This document shows positions 62,307-64,000 of a stretch of 64,000 bases of DNA, one piece after another (position 1 is the stretch's first letter; every line of letters begins with the position of its first letter). The position numbers and the translations under genes were made by a program. This DNA is from Macrostomum lignano (Eukaryota). The notes below the pieces were generated by a model. The model saw only the letters and a program-made list of their open reading frames with translations, was not told where the DNA came from and ran no database searches. The DNA lies in assembly GCA_002269645.1 (NCBI GenBank), contig NIVC01000545.1, positions 1-64,000 of the forward strand, written 5' to 3'.

Positions 62307-64000
62307 CTTAGAAAAACTATTAACCCTGAAAGATTTTACTCTTCTGATTATTCTGGTAGCGTTCTAGTATACTGGTAGCGTTCTACTTAATAATGGCCTG
62401 AGCGGTATTTTGGCTTACTGGTATATGTATTTTATGTACTTTGCTAGTCCTTGGGCGTTACCGAGATTAGAGGGTCACAGCCTTTTCAATACTGTATATG
62501 TATTCCCGAGATCTTCTTTGTTTCACTTCGATCTCCTTGGTATTCTGCGTATCAGTAGTATCTGTGGTATGATTTACTTCCACTTTACTCTTCGAATCAA
62601 AAATTTACTAAGTCTTGAAAAGATTTCTAAGTAACAGTTTAAAGCTCAACAAGTAGCGAGACTTGAGACCAACTTAGGAACAGGCAATTAGCCAAGTTGG
62701 TGGCTCTCTGGCCAGATCCTGTCTATTTATACTATTTTAAGACTTGATCAGTATTAATTTTGATATATGCAGTATTAAAACAAATAGGGCTAAAATTAGT
62801 TTTCGGTTTAAAAATACATACAAATTTTACATGAATATTATTATTAAACATTGGAAGATTAAAACAAATAATATGTGAATATTATTCTTGAGTGATTAAA
62901 CTCGAGATTATTATTGACGAAATTATTTACAAAAACTATTATTATTACTATTAGTAGCATTAAGCGCTTGCACACTATATAGTACTGACCATGGTATCAT
63001 GCATTATTAATTTGTTACCTTTTTATATATGTAACACTGCTATGCAAAGCATACCAAAAAACTTTGCCAACTCCTTGATGCATGCCATGTACATAGTAGG
63101 CCTACTAAACTGTCTAGGACCTTAATGCAATATAAGAATTTTCCTTTTAAAACAATATCTTTGGAAGTATAGTATAATATATTAAAAACCTAAATTATTC
63201 AATTAGAAAAAGCAATATATAACATAATTATATAAAAATTATATTAGAGACCTAGCTTTGTAATAGAAATTAATGCTAATATAATTAATAAAAATATTTG
63301 TTAAGCCTATTATACAAAAACTAATTTTTTCCTTGAAATATAAAAGTAAACATAAATATAATATACTTACAAATTATCATCAAATGTGTTAGGCCTACTT
63401 GATCTCATTTGTTTTTATTTAACTTAGGACCTAACCACTTGACTTGGTATTAAGAAATATAATAAAAAATCTTGATTTTGAGTAGAGGTCGGACGAGCAA
63501 AAATTTTTGGGTCGGGCGTGAGTAGTCGTGAATAATTTCAGCTTTGCCGTGATCGTGATCGTGATCGTGATTGGTTCGTGAAAAATTAAAAGTAAAAAAT
63601 TTCCGTTCAAATTTTGTTTTTTTTTCTTCAAATTTGAATTTTTCTATCAGTTAATGTGTTTGATTCTATTTTTAAGTGCTTCTATACCATCAGCTTATAC
63701 CATCTGCATCTGCCCATCTGGCTTTCTTCTCTGGTTGAGAAGGAACTCAGAGTCTGGCTGAGAAGTAAGAAGTTCTTACTTCTTAGACATTTGTGTTGCT
63801 TTTTGGCTTTCTCAAAGCTCAAACTAAGCTGAAAGCTGTAACTATTTAGTATTTTTATTTTTAAATTTTTAATTTAAAAGTAGTATTTGCTACTATTACT
63901 ATTTTAGAATTTAGTATTAAATAAATAGTTAAAACAAAAATTTCATTTCATTTTGATCATGAATTTGCATATTTGAGTTTTTCTTTCTTCTTATTATTTT

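Noticed and set aside
60300-64000. AT-rich terminal region (short ORFs, gtgatc repeats near 63549)
   Set aside because: No coding signal or paired termini found; treated as intergenic DNA with possible unassignable MITE debris.

Overview
Eukaryotic (animal) genomic DNA. GC-rich exons are separated by GT-AG introns, most of which contain minisatellites. The composition resembles the free-living flatworm Macrostomum lignano; this is an inference, not a database match. Reconstructed host genes: an ankyrin-repeat + MEKK-like kinase (minus, 2401-6216, with apparent single-base frameshifts); a 3-exon full-size ABCA transporter with degenerate catalytic motifs in both NBDs (minus, 8265-13591); a Tret1/SLC2A8-like sugar transporter (27855-31923); a 16-exon NUP205 (34943-50524); an unknown 165-aa membrane-like ORF; SNAPIN; and a small two-exon protein with a signal-peptide-like N-terminus. 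Mobile DNA: an apparently full-length ~6-kb EnSpm/CMC-like transposon with TIRs, a 2-bp TSD and an accessory gene; two tRNA-derived SINE families (one CORE-like); and remnants of Penelope, RTE and mariner/Tc1 elements. There is no CRISPR array or prokaryote-type system. The most interesting signals are: loss of both ABC H-switch histidines; an insertion whose 47-bp flanking duplication copies a splice donor; minisatellites built from splice-site-like units in almost every intron; a possible trans-spliced operon; and outward-facing mariner ends around SNAPIN. All gene models were assembled by eye from splice sites and frame continuity.
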